A DNA stretch of 64,000 nt from an uncultured bacterium (GTDB lineage: Bacteria > Bacteroidota > Bacteroidia > NS11-12g > UBA9320). The DNA lies in the NCBI GenBank assembly GCA_963991985.1, contig CAXDRX010000001.1, positions 116,546-180,545 on the forward strand, read 5' to 3'. Positions 17,944 to 27,176 of this stretch are shown piece after piece (position 1 is the stretch's first letter; each line of letters starts with the position of its first letter). The notes below the pieces were generated by a model. That model did no database searches. It was not told where the DNA came from and saw only the letters and a program-made list of their open reading frames with translations. A program made the translations under genes and the position numbers.

Positions 17944-18519
17944 TTATTTATTCGCAAAATACAAAAACAAATATAAGTAGACCCAAAGAATACCTATAAA
18001 ATGCCAATAGGTATTTAACATGTTTATAGATAAGATATTTTTTTTGTGAATTTCCATTCGAAAAGCACGAGCAATCAAGACGAATAGCGCTACCAAACCT
18101 CCCAACAAATGGAGCCAATGAACTCCGGAAATCACATAAAAAAAACTGGCAGAAATTTTATCCCCTTTTTGAACAAAATGTAATCCCCTAGCCACCAATT
18201 CACCAAACCCAATAATTTGCAAAACAAGAAATAGGATACCAAAAAAACAGGTGATCAACAAACCAATACGGACAAATTTTATATCGTCCCGTTTTGCTGA
18301 TTGATAGGCCCATTGCATAAAGAAAGAACTGATTGCAATGATTATTGACGAATACAAAAAAGCATCTGGCAAGTCAAATTTCAACCAATTTCCTTCCTTG
18401 ATGCGAACAATATAGGCACTTGTAAATCCAGCAAATAGCATAATGATGGTAATCAAAAACAACCACAAGCTAAACTTATTGGGATTTACATTTTCTGTTG
18501 AACTTTTTGTCGTATTCAT
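17944..18519 (-). CDS. ctaE: Cytochrome c oxidase subunit III-like (first, CoxO-type)
   Basis: FAGFTSAYIVR, SGVHWLHLLGG, YWHFIGILWVYL. Confidence 0.88.
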   Translation of the reverse strand: MNTTKSSTENVNPNKFSLWLFLITIIMLFAGFTSAYIVRIKEGNWLKFDLPDAFLYSSIIIAISSFFMQWAYQSAKRDDIKFVRIGLLITCFFGILFLVLQIIGFGELVARGLHFVQKGDKISASFFYVISGVHWLHLLGGLVALFVLIARAFRMEIHKKNILSINMLNTYWHFIGILWVYLYLFLYFANK

Positions 18520-18523
18520 ACGT

Positions 18524-19375
18524 CTAAATTTTGTCTATGATGAAAAAGATATACAACAATGGATTGTATATGATAGAAGCAAACATGAGTTGCTTAGCAG
18601 ATTTCTTATCTTTATTTCTTCCCAATTTACCTGAAAAATAAATCATTCCAAGCCCCAAAAATATTGCCGCAATCAAGTAAATCTTCCCTGTCATCATAAA
18701 AATGGTAGGAAGAACTGAAACCAAAACCAACATGATGGTATACCAATAAATTAGTTGTGAAACCGAAGTCATATTCTTTGAAGGCAGTAGTTGGTAACCT
18801 GCTTTTTGGTAATCTTCTTTCAATATCCACCCAATCGACCAAAAATGTGGAAATTGCCAAATAAATTGTATGCCAAATATCAATATCCCTTGGAAGTTTA
18901 CTTCATGTGTGGCTGCAGTCCACCCGATTAGTGGTGGGAAAGCACCCGGAAATGCACCAACAAATACAGAAAAGGAACTAATCTTTTTCAAAGGGGTATA
19001 CAAAAAAGCATAAGAAATTAAAGACACAAAACCTAAAAAGGAAGACAAAGGATCAACATAAAAATACAGCAATGCAATTCCAATAAGCCCAGAAAGTAAA
19101 GCAAATACAATGGCATTCTGCTTGCTTATATTTTGAACAACCAATGGACGATTTGCAGTCCTAATCATTTGGGCATCTTGTTTGATTTCAAAAAGTTGAT
19201 TAAAGGTATTCGATGAAGATACAACCAAAAATCCGCCAAAAGCCAAAAAGACAAAAGTTGGCCACTCGAATGAATTGCATCCGATGAGATATCCAAATAA
19301 GGCTGAAAGCACAACGGTAACGGTCAACCGAAATTTTACCAACCCCACATAGGCTGAAAGCTCTGGTCTATGCAT
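18524..19375 (-). CDS. ctaB: Protoheme IX farnesyltransferase (heme O synthase)
   Basis: LVKFRL, DAQMIRTANRPL, LYTPLK, WQFPHFWSI, EDYQKAG. Start is ATG 19375 or TTG 19387. Confidence 0.93.
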   Translation of the reverse strand: MHRPELSAYVGLVKFRLTVTVVLSALFGYLIGCNSFEWPTFVFLAFGGFLVVSSSNTFNQLFEIKQDAQMIRTANRPLVVQNISKQNAIVFALLSGLIGIALLYFYVDPLSSFLGFVSLISYAFLYTPLKKISSFSVFVGAFPGAFPPLIGWTAATHEVNFQGILIFGIQFIWQFPHFWSIGWILKEDYQKAGYQLLPSKNMTSVSQLIYWYTIMLVLVSVLPTIFMMTGKIYLIAAIFLGLGMIYFSGKLGRNKDKKSAKQLMFASIIYNPLLYIFFIIDKI

Positions 19376-20369
19376 TTTGGCGAACAATTGACTTTAATGT
19401 ATAGAATTGTAAACTTAACAATAAAGCAGCAAAAAAAATGTGACTTGCTTGCCAAAATCCTGGGAAATCAAAGAATAAGTTTAAACTACCATTCAAAGCT
19501 TGAAAAAGAACAAGCAATAAAATATAAAAAGAAACCGACTTTTTTTGATACCCAAACATTCGAAATTGTAAGAAAGATAGCAACAAAACTAGAACAAATC
19601 CTAGGCGATGATATGAGAAAGATGGGCCCAAAATTTTGTACGCATTTAAATCAAAAACAACGCCTTCCGAATGTCTAAGGTCTACAATTTCTCTCACCCA
19701 AGTTCCAAAAAGAAGTTGAACAAATAAAACCACGGACAATAATACAATTGTATTCTTTTTTGGTTTGGTCGTTAAATTAAATTGAAACGGATGGCTCCAT
19801 ATGAGCGACAACAATGCAAGCATAGCGAAAAAAAAATGAAAGGTTACCATCCCACCCAGCAGATTTGAATCAACTACTTTTGATCCAATCCAGCCATTCG
19901 CTATAACCAATAAAAAACCTGCAATTGGCCACCAAAGAGATATCCTTGGATCTTTCTTGCCCAAAAGAGACAAAACCAACATCACAAATACACAAAGCCC
20001 AACCAAAGCACCCCACAAACGATTGATGTATTCTATGTACGCTTTCACAACATTAAATTGATGATTGTTTTTTAAGTATGGACTTAGCATGATGGCGTTG
20101 GCCTGACGATCCATACCAACGGATCGTAAAAAACGCACCAACTTATCGACTTTCTCCAATCTCTGTTGGTTGAAAACTTCTCGGTAATCTATCGGAAGAT
20201 CCTTCTCCACAAGAGGGGGAGCCAGCATCCCATAACATAAAGGCCAGTCAGGACAACCCATTCCAGAACCAGTACTTCGAACAAGACCGCCTAGAACAAA
20301 TAGACCAAAAACGCCGATTACCGAAAAACCCGAGAAAGTTTTGTACAAACTCCCACCAAGAAATTGCAT
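19368..20369 (-). CDS. ctaA: Heme A synthase (COX15/CtaA)
   Basis: LGGLVRSTGSGMGCPDWPLC, EYINR, VTFHFFFA, ASHIFFA. Confidence 0.88.
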   Translation of the reverse strand: MQFLGGSLYKTFSGFSVIGVFGLFVLGGLVRSTGSGMGCPDWPLCYGMLAPPLVEKDLPIDYREVFNQQRLEKVDKLVRFLRSVGMDRQANAIMLSPYLKNNHQFNVVKAYIEYINRLWGALVGLCVFVMLVLSLLGKKDPRISLWWPIAGFLLVIANGWIGSKVVDSNLLGGMVTFHFFFAMLALLSLIWSHPFQFNLTTKPKKNTIVLLSVVLFVQLLFGTWVREIVDLRHSEGVVFDLNAYKILGPSFSYHRLGFVLVLLLSFLQFRMFGYQKKSVSFYILLLVLFQALNGSLNLFFDFPGFWQASHIFFAALLLSLQFYTLKSIVRQNA

Positions 20370-20373
20370 TCTT

Positions 20374-22239
20374 TTATGCTACCCCTTGATTAAATCCAAA
20401 CCAACGCTTTAGAAGAGTAGAGAATGAAACACTTGTATCCACCATTTCTTTCTCCTCCTTCGTGGGATTGAGCTCTGGTGAAATTAAGGGATCTGTTTGC
20501 CCCTCTTCTGGAACTGTCTGTAGAATAAAGTCTTCTTCTGCACCAGGCTTGCTGTAATCATAAGCCCATCGATAAACTGTGGGTAATTCACCCGCCCAAT
20601 TGCCATGAATTCCTTCGATAGGTGAAGTCCATTCCAATGTATTGGCTTTCCACGGATTTTGTGGCGATTTTTCCCCAATAAACATACTGCTAAAGAAGTT
20701 GTAAATAAAAATCAATTGAGCAATTCCACCAATGATGGCAGCAATGGTAATTAGTACATTCACATCCATCCAAACACCGTATTCGGGTAGCAAAGTAAAC
20801 TGATAGTATCGCCTTGGAACACCTGCCAATCCCATAAAATGCATTGGAAAGAAAACCAAATACGCAGAAATAAACGTCAACCAAAAATGAATGTAACCAA
20901 GTGGCTTATTCATCAATCTCCCAAACATTCTTGGATACCAATGGTAAATTCCCGCCAACATCCCAAAAATTGCCGAGGCGCCCATAACAATGTGAAAGTG
21001 CGCCACCACAAAATATGTGTCGTGGAGTTGAATATCTAGGGTAGCATTTCCTAGCCATATTCCTGTCAATCCCCCAGAAATAAATAAAGAGACCAATCCT
21101 ATCGCAAACATCATCCCATTGGTAAATCTCAAGTTACCCCGCCACAAAGTAGCAAGATAATTGAATACTTTAACCGCTGAAGGAACTGCAATGATGAGCG
21201 TGGTAATAAGAAAAACTGTGCCCAAGAAAGGATTCATGCCTGTAATAAACATGTGATGTCCCCAGACAATAAATGAAAGAAATGAAATTCCCAAAAGCGA
21301 AATCACCATGGCTCGGTAGCCAAAAATGGGCTTTCTTGAGTTGACCGAAATCACCTCAGAGGCAATGCCCAAAGCAGGCATAATGATGATGTAAACTTCG
21401 GGATGTCCTAGAAACCAGAAAAGATGCTGAAATAAAATTGGACTTCCGCCCGTATGCTCCAATGCACCTACTCCACTTAAGTAAATATCTGACAGGTAAA
21501 AGCTAGTTCCTGCCAGTCGATCAAACATTAAAAACAAGCCACCCGACAAAAGCACAGGAAAGGACAACAAACCAACTATAGCTGTAAACAATAAAGCCCA
21601 GACAGTAAGAGGCATCCTACTCATACTCATTCCTTTTGTTCTCATATTGAGGATGGTTGAAATGTAATTGATCCCTGCCATCAGTTGAGATACTATGAAA
21701 AGAACAATAGACGTCAGCCACAGGGTCATACCCAAGCCAGAACCAGCCATGGCTTGTGGCAAAGCAGAAAGTGGAGGATAAACAGTCCAACCACCGGAAG
21801 CAGGACCCGTTTGTACAAAAAACGAGCTCATCAAAACCAAAGTTGACAAAAAGAAAAACCAATACGACAGCATATTGAGTGTGGGAGAAGCCATGTCGCG
21901 CGCGCCCACCTGCAATGGAATAAGCAAATTGGCAAATGTACCGCTAAGACCTGCGGTTAGAACCCAAAACACCATAATAGTGCCATGGATGGTTACCAAA
22001 GCCATGTAATAGCCTGGGTCCAATTTTCCTTCTGGAGCCCATTTGCCAAAAAACCATTCCAAGATTGGAAAACTGGTGTCAGGGTAAGCCAATTGCAAAC
22101 GAAACAATATAGACATTGTCATTCCAATGACACCCATAACAATTCCTGTGATCAGGAACTGTTTGCTTATCATTTTGTGGTCTCTACTAAAAATGTACTT
22201 AGAGACAAAACTTTCCTTGTGGTGTTCGTGTGTGCTCAT
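20374..22239 (-). CDS. ctaD: Cytochrome c oxidase subunit I, A1 type
   Basis: TIHGTIM, GARDMA/LN (D-channel), FWFLGHPEVY, WGHHM, VKVF (K-channel), AHFH, PRRY. Confidence 0.97.
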   Translation of the reverse strand: MSTHEHHKESFVSKYIFSRDHKMISKQFLITGIVMGVIGMTMSILFRLQLAYPDTSFPILEWFFGKWAPEGKLDPGYYMALVTIHGTIMVFWVLTAGLSGTFANLLIPLQVGARDMASPTLNMLSYWFFFLSTLVLMSSFFVQTGPASGGWTVYPPLSALPQAMAGSGLGMTLWLTSIVLFIVSQLMAGINYISTILNMRTKGMSMSRMPLTVWALLFTAIVGLLSFPVLLSGGLFLMFDRLAGTSFYLSDIYLSGVGALEHTGGSPILFQHLFWFLGHPEVYIIIMPALGIASEVISVNSRKPIFGYRAMVISLLGISFLSFIVWGHHMFITGMNPFLGTVFLITTLIIAVPSAVKVFNYLATLWRGNLRFTNGMMFAIGLVSLFISGGLTGIWLGNATLDIQLHDTYFVVAHFHIVMGASAIFGMLAGIYHWYPRMFGRLMNKPLGYIHFWLTFISAYLVFFPMHFMGLAGVPRRYYQFTLLPEYGVWMDVNVLITIAAIIGGIAQLIFIYNFFSSMFIGEKSPQNPWKANTLEWTSPIEGIHGNWAGELPTVYRWAYDYSKPGAEEDFILQTVPEEGQTDPLISPELNPTKEEKEMVDTSVSFSTLLKRWFGFNQGVA

Positions 22240-22249
22240 TTTTCTTTGT

Positions 22250-23986
22250 TTAATTTATACTGGCCAAATTTTGTTTTGGGGGTTCAACACTTTCGTGGAT
22301 TTGATCTACGAAAATGCCCGACTTTTCAGACAACCATTGATTGTAAGACTTTTGATCTTCTACAATTACTTTTAATTTCATATTGAAATGGGCATTTCCA
22401 CAAATTTTATTACACACCAAATAGTAATCAAAGTCTTTGTTTTTCTTTTTTGAACGCATCTCCTTACTGGTAATTATAGGTGTAAAAGTAAATTCTGTAG
22501 GCAAACCAGGGACCACATTCATTTGCGTTCTAAAGTGGGCAAAATAAGCTGAATGAATAACATCTCTCGCTCTAAACTTCATGGTTACTGGCTTATTCAC
22601 TACGAGGTGAATTTCATCGTCTACCACAATATCGTCATTCCCTTTTTGATCATACATATTCCCCTCCTCAACTGCTAATGATTGATTGATTCTTTCGATT
22701 TGAACGTTTTTTCTTTTGATGGCTCTTCTATATTCACCAAGTTTTTCACCACTTTCCAAAGCCTTCATTTTCTCTTGGTGAGATTTTTGTTCTTCTCCCA
22801 TCAAACCTCCATAACTAGCCTTCAATTCTCCCAATTTTATGGGAATCTCTTGGATTTCTTTTTCTATCCCCTCAATTTCTTCCTGTAAAGTTTCAATCAA
22901 TAATTTGGCCTCTGTTCGATTGGCAATTCCCAACTCATTCGTAGAGGATATTAAATTGTAACTGGCCTTACCCAGCTGATTGTCTTCTCCTGGATAGCGG
23001 GCTTTCCAACCAAACTGATAGGCGAACAACTCAATCTTTTGGGTATTTTCCGTATCCACATAAACAATTTTTTGCCATGTCTGCAAACCCCTTGTCACCA
23101 AAAGCGTAAGGAAAATGGCTGGAATAATCGTCCAAACCAATTCCAGTTTATCATTAACAGGGTAATAAAGCGCCTTCTGGTTCGGTTTTTCTTGATATCG
23201 AAATGAGAAAAAGAATAGTAAGAATTGGGTAATAAAAAATACAATAGAGGTAATGATGAGAGTAGTGGTCATCATGTTGTCGATCCAAACTCCATGCTCA
23301 CTAGCTGCACTGCCGAGCAAAGTATATTTTCCATGAATGGTAAATTCATAAATGGTCAATCCAAACAATGCTGCAAGGAAGATTAGAAATAGATTGCCAT
23401 TCAATCTGTTCCATCGAATCAAATCTTTACCCAGCAGTTTGCTCACATTGTCCAAAATCTTAAAGAGCAGAATAATCATCGCCAACAGGGCAAGCAGAAT
23501 AAGCGCCAAGCCCCAACTAACCTTTTTTACCATCTCTTTGGAGGGAGCAGCAGAAACGGTCTCCGTCTTCCCTGTCCCACCTGAAGGTGATCCTCCACCT
23601 GCCGAAGCATCCTCAATATACATTACAATACTCCCAATTTCTTCGTCACTCAAGTTTTCAAAATTGTTCATTATTTGCGGCTTGTATTGTTCCCAAACCG
23701 CCAAGGCTTGTACATCGCCAGATTTGATCATTTTCTGACTATTTCTGATCCATTTTTTCAACCAATCAAAATCATATTTTTCATGAACATTTTTTAGCGC
23801 AGGACCAACCAATTTGTTGTTCAATGCGTGACAGGATGCGCATTTGCTGGCATATAACTTTTTTCCATTGGCGATGTAAGATTCAGAAATCTCAAAACCT
23901 GTAATAGTTTGGTCCAATGCCATAAGATTTGGCACTTCGAAAAAAAGACAAAAAAACAGAGTGAGGATCAGAGCAATTATTCTCAT
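22250..23986 (-). CDS. ctaC: Cytochrome c oxidase subunit II with N-terminal monoheme cytochrome c domain and an insertion in the CuA domain
   Basis: Signal peptide, CASCH...IM, four TM helices, ASEHG, KLELVWTIIP, YQFGW, DVIHS, CNKICGNAHFNM. Start 23986 is supported by the -7 element at 23998-24005. Confidence 0.95.
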   Translation of the reverse strand: MRIIALILTLFFCLFFEVPNLMALDQTITGFEISESYIANGKKLYASKCASCHALNNKLVGPALKNVHEKYDFDWLKKWIRNSQKMIKSGDVQALAVWEQYKPQIMNNFENLSDEEIGSIVMYIEDASAGGGSPSGGTGKTETVSAAPSKEMVKKVSWGLALILLALLAMIILLFKILDNVSKLLGKDLIRWNRLNGNLFLIFLAALFGLTIYEFTIHGKYTLLGSAASEHGVWIDNMMTTTLIITSIVFFITQFLLFFFSFRYQEKPNQKALYYPVNDKLELVWTIIPAIFLTLLVTRGLQTWQKIVYVDTENTQKIELFAYQFGWKARYPGEDNQLGKASYNLISSTNELGIANRTEAKLLIETLQEEIEGIEKEIQEIPIKLGELKASYGGLMGEEQKSHQEKMKALESGEKLGEYRRAIKRKNVQIERINQSLAVEEGNMYDQKGNDDIVVDDEIHLVVNKPVTMKFRARDVIHSAYFAHFRTQMNVVPGLPTEFTFTPIITSKEMRSKKKNKDFDYYLVCNKICGNAHFNMKLKVIVEDQKSYNQWLSEKSGIFVDQIHESVEPPKQNLASIN

Positions 23987-23997
23987 AAATGTTTGTA

Positions 23998-24005
23998 CAA
24001 ATTTA
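23998..24005 (-). promoter_or_regulatory. -7 promoter element TAAATTTG for the cox operon
   Basis: Exact TAnnTTTG 11 nt upstream of ATG 23986. Confidence 0.6.
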
Positions 24006-24146
24006 TCCATAGCACCACATTCGAAGCAAAAAAGATGAAAAAAAATTTTCCACAACAGAATTTAGAAAACGTTTAAATAAAATATGGTCACAAAAGGAGT
24101 TTTTTTCGGTACAACTAACTGAAAACCAAACGAATGTTAGTTGTTG

Positions 24147-24953
24147 TTAAACAGAAATATTGAAAGCTCTTAATGCCTGGTTGAGACTCGTTTTCCTATC
24201 TGTACTTTCCTTTCTTTGACCAATGATCAATGCACAATTGACATGAAAAGTACCAGCCTCGAATTTTTTTGGTATACTTCCCGGAATAACAACGGATCTC
24301 GGCGGGATTTCTCCTTTTATTTCTTTCGGTTTTTCTTGGCTTACATCAATAATTTTTGTACTCTGGGTTAAAGTTACTCCTGCACCAATCACCGCTTCCT
24401 TACCAATTTTGACCCCCTCCACGATGATACATCGTGACCCGATAAAAGCACCATCTTCTACAATCACTGGCGCTGCTTGTACCGGTTCTAAAACGCCCCC
24501 AATACCTACTCCGCCACTCAAATGAACATCTTTGCCTATTTGAGCGCACGAACCAACCGTCGCCCAGGTATCTACCATCGTTCCTTGATCTACATAGGCG
24601 CCAATATTAATGTAGCTTGGCATCATGACCACGGAAGGGGCAATATAGGCTCCATACCTTGCCACAGCATGCGGAACAACGCGTATTTGCTTTTCTGCAT
24701 AACCCGTTTTTAATTTCATTTTGTCATGAAACTCAAAAGGGCCCACCTCCATTTTTTTCATCTTACTAATGGGGAAAAACAGGATAATCCCTTTTTTGAC
24801 CCAATCATTTACCAACCATTTGTCGCCGCTTGGCTCCGCACATCTCAATTTCCCCTCATCGAGTCGCCCTATCAACTCTTGGATGGCCTCTTGAACATAC
24901 TTCTCCTTGAGTAGTTTTCTGTCCATCCAGGCAGATTCAATTGCTTCTTTCAT
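24147..24953 (-). CDS. dapD: 2,3,4,5-tetrahydropyridine-2,6-dicarboxylate N-succinyltransferase
   Basis: WVKKGIILFF, RVVPHAVARYGA, MVDTWATVGSCAQIG, GGVLEPVQA. Confidence 0.96.
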   Translation of the reverse strand: MKEAIESAWMDRKLLKEKYVQEAIQELIGRLDEGKLRCAEPSGDKWLVNDWVKKGIILFFPISKMKKMEVGPFEFHDKMKLKTGYAEKQIRVVPHAVARYGAYIAPSVVMMPSYINIGAYVDQGTMVDTWATVGSCAQIGKDVHLSGGVGIGGVLEPVQAAPVIVEDGAFIGSRCIIVEGVKIGKEAVIGAGVTLTQSTKIIDVSQEKPKEIKGEIPPRSVVIPGSIPKKFEAGTFHVNCALIIGQRKESTDRKTSLNQALRAFNISV

Positions 24954-24986
24954 CTTAGTATTACAAATATGACGTTACGAATGCTT

Positions 24987-24994
24987 TATTTTTG
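24987..24994 (+). promoter_or_regulatory. -7 promoter element TATTTTTG
   Basis: Exact TAnnTTTG 8 nt upstream of ATG 25003. Confidence 0.6.
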
Positions 24995-25002
24995 ATTCTT
25001 CA

Positions 25003-27162
25003 ATGAAAAATCTTTTTGTTCTCATTTTGTTCATTCTTATTAATCCTTTTGTCTATGGGCAATCAAAAATGTTGAGTATAACCGATGCTGTTTTGGGCAC
25101 TTATGGCAAGCTTGCACCCAGTATTCCTGGCAGATACCAATGGACCAAAGAACAGAATTCATTTTCGATGATAGAGCGCAATTCATTAACCTTGTACCAA
25201 ATTGCAAAGGATGGCAATCATGGGTACAAAACAGTATCGCTTAGTAAAATTAATGCTGCCCTTAGGTTAATTGGAGCAGATTCATTGAAATATTTTCCTC
25301 GCATCGTTTGGAAAGAAGGGTTTGCCATGCAATTCAAAGCTGGAAAAAGCAATTACACCTATTATGTGAATGAAAACAGGTGTGAACGAATTTTTACTTT
25401 CCCAGATCCTTTGGCAAACATGCAAATTGAAAAAAACAATCGTGGGCTTTCAGGAACAGATGGAGAAAATCTTCATATCGTATACCAACTAAAGGATGGA
25501 TCCTTCCAAAAAATATTTGCTGAGCAAGATGAGGTAAGAGGAACCGTTTTTGGTCAGGCCGTGCATAGAAACGAATTTGGCATCAACCAAGGAGTTTTTT
25601 GGTCTCCAAACGGAAACAAAGTGGCTTATTATACCATGGACGAAACCATGGTTACGGATTATCCCATCTATCAACTCAAGGATACGCCAGCCAGTACCCA
25701 GCCAATCAAATATCCCGTAGCTGGAGCTCCAAGCCACCACGTCAATGTTTTGGTTTTTGACTTACAAAAAGAGAAAAAAATAAAATTGGAAAATAAATTT
25801 CCCAAGGAAGATTATTGGACCAACGTAAGTTGGGGCCCCAATGAAAAATACATTTACATCACCCACCTCAACCGAGCACAAAATCATGCCAAACTCTGCC
25901 AATACGATGCACAAACGGGTGATTGGGTCAAAACCTTATTTGAAGAAAAAAATGAAAAGTACGTAGAGCCCGAACACCCATTAACCTTTTTGAAAGACAA
26001 ACCCGAACAATTTATCTGGTGGAGTGAAAAAGATGGCTACCAACATTTGTATTTGTACAATACCAATGGAAAAATGCTTGAACAACTTACTAAAGGGAAA
26101 TGGGTTGTTACAGATTTGATTGGGGTTGACGAAAGTCAGCAACAAGTTTATTTTATGGCAACCAAAGACTCACCCCTCGAAAGACATCTTTATGCGGTAT
26201 CCCTTGTAACCAAAAAAATTAAAAAATTAACCCAAGAAAAAGGAACCCATCGGGTATGGCCAAATGCTGACTATTCTCTGTTTTTTGATTATTTTTCCAA
26301 TACAAGCACACCAGCAAAACTTCAAATGATTTCGGGAAAAAATGGAAAATCAATGGAAATTTTCCATGTGGCGGAAAACCCCTTGCAAGAATATAAACTT
26401 GGGGAAATGCAGCTGGGTACCATCCAAAATAAAAACCAAGATGATTTGTATTACCGATTGATCAAACCCATAGATTTTGATCCCAACAAAAAATATCCTG
26501 TTGTTGTGTATTTGTACAATGGCCCACATGTTCAATTGGTCAAAAATTCTTGGCTTGGAGGATCAAATCTTTGGTACCAATATATGGCCCAGAACGGCTA
26601 CGTTGTGTTTACCATCGACGGAAGAGGGAGTGCCAACCGAGGTTTTGATTTTGAAAGTGGAATACATCGCCAGATGGGCTCTCTTGAAATGGAAGACCAA
26701 GTGGTGGGGCTTGATTGGTTGAAAAGCAAAAGGTGGGTAGACAGTTCTCGCATAGGTGTTCACGGATGGAGTTATGGTGGATTCATGACAACAAGCTTAA
26801 TGACCCGTAAACCAGGTCTTTTTAAGGTAGGCGTGGCAGGGGGACCTGTAATAGACTGGCAATTTTACGAAATCATGTATACCGAAAGATACATGGACCA
26901 TCCTCAAAAAAACCCTAAGGGATATCAACAAGCCAACCTAATGAATTATGTGGATCAATTGCAAGGAAAATTACTCATGATACATGGAGGGCAAGACGAT
27001 GTTGTGCTTTGGCAACACAGCCTCAATTATCTGCAAAAAGCCATATCCTTAGGTGTACAGCTCGATTACTTTGTGTACCCTCATCACGCTCACAATGTAT
27101 TGGGAAAAGAAAGGGTTCATTTGTATGAAAAAATATCCAACTATTTTTTCGAAAATTTGTAA
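25003..27162 (+). CDS. S9B peptidase, prolyl tripeptidyl peptidase (PtpA)-like
   Basis: HRNEFGI, GVHGWSYGG, GVAGGPVIDW..YEIMYTERY, HGGQDDVVLWQHSL, HAHNVLG..RVHLY; this C-terminus resembles Porphyromonas PtpA as recalled. Confidence 0.85.
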   Translation: MKNLFVLILFILINPFVYGQSKMLSITDAVLGTYGKLAPSIPGRYQWTKEQNSFSMIERNSLTLYQIAKDGNHGYKTVSLSKINAALRLIGADSLKYFPRIVWKEGFAMQFKAGKSNYTYYVNENRCERIFTFPDPLANMQIEKNNRGLSGTDGENLHIVYQLKDGSFQKIFAEQDEVRGTVFGQAVHRNEFGINQGVFWSPNGNKVAYYTMDETMVTDYPIYQLKDTPASTQPIKYPVAGAPSHHVNVLVFDLQKEKKIKLENKFPKEDYWTNVSWGPNEKYIYITHLNRAQNHAKLCQYDAQTGDWVKTLFEEKNEKYVEPEHPLTFLKDKPEQFIWWSEKDGYQHLYLYNTNGKMLEQLTKGKWVVTDLIGVDESQQQVYFMATKDSPLERHLYAVSLVTKKIKKLTQEKGTHRVWPNADYSLFFDYFSNTSTPAKLQMISGKNGKSMEIFHVAENPLQEYKLGEMQLGTIQNKNQDDLYYRLIKPIDFDPNKKYPVVVYLYNGPHVQLVKNSWLGGSNLWYQYMAQNGYVVFTIDGRGSANRGFDFESGIHRQMGSLEMEDQVVGLDWLKSKRWVDSSRIGVHGWSYGGFMTTSLMTRKPGLFKVGVAGGPVIDWQFYEIMYTERYMDHPQKNPKGYQQANLMNYVDQLQGKLLMIHGGQDDVVLWQHSLNYLQKAISLGVQLDYFVYPHHAHNVLGKERVHLYEKISNYFFENL

Positions 27163-27176
27163 TAGTTAGGGATAAA

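Noticed and set aside
17178-18519. Two tandem subunit III genes as a possible recent duplication
   Set aside because: The pair is highly divergent and matches the standard CoxO/CoxP arrangement of Bacteroidota aa3 operons.
22380-22420. Lys instead of Glu in the CuA motif (CNKICG versus CSEYCG)
   Set aside because: That residue ligates copper through its backbone carbonyl, and CNKICG is, as recalled, the usual Flavobacterium-type form.
24003-24054. DnaA-box-like TTTTCCACA (24046-24054) and TTATCCATA (24003-24011)
   Set aside because: One match and one near-match in a short spacer with no replication genes nearby are too little for an oriC.
23987-24055. Extra Cys-containing N-terminus (MWKIFFHLFCFECGA...) of the ORF-track CtaC
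   Set aside because: It overlaps the -7 element at 23998-24005, and the sequence from Met 23986 forms a normal signal peptide. Similar 5' over-extensions were trimmed at 13619, 16853, 43114, 45871, 45928, 47006, 47950 and 57585.
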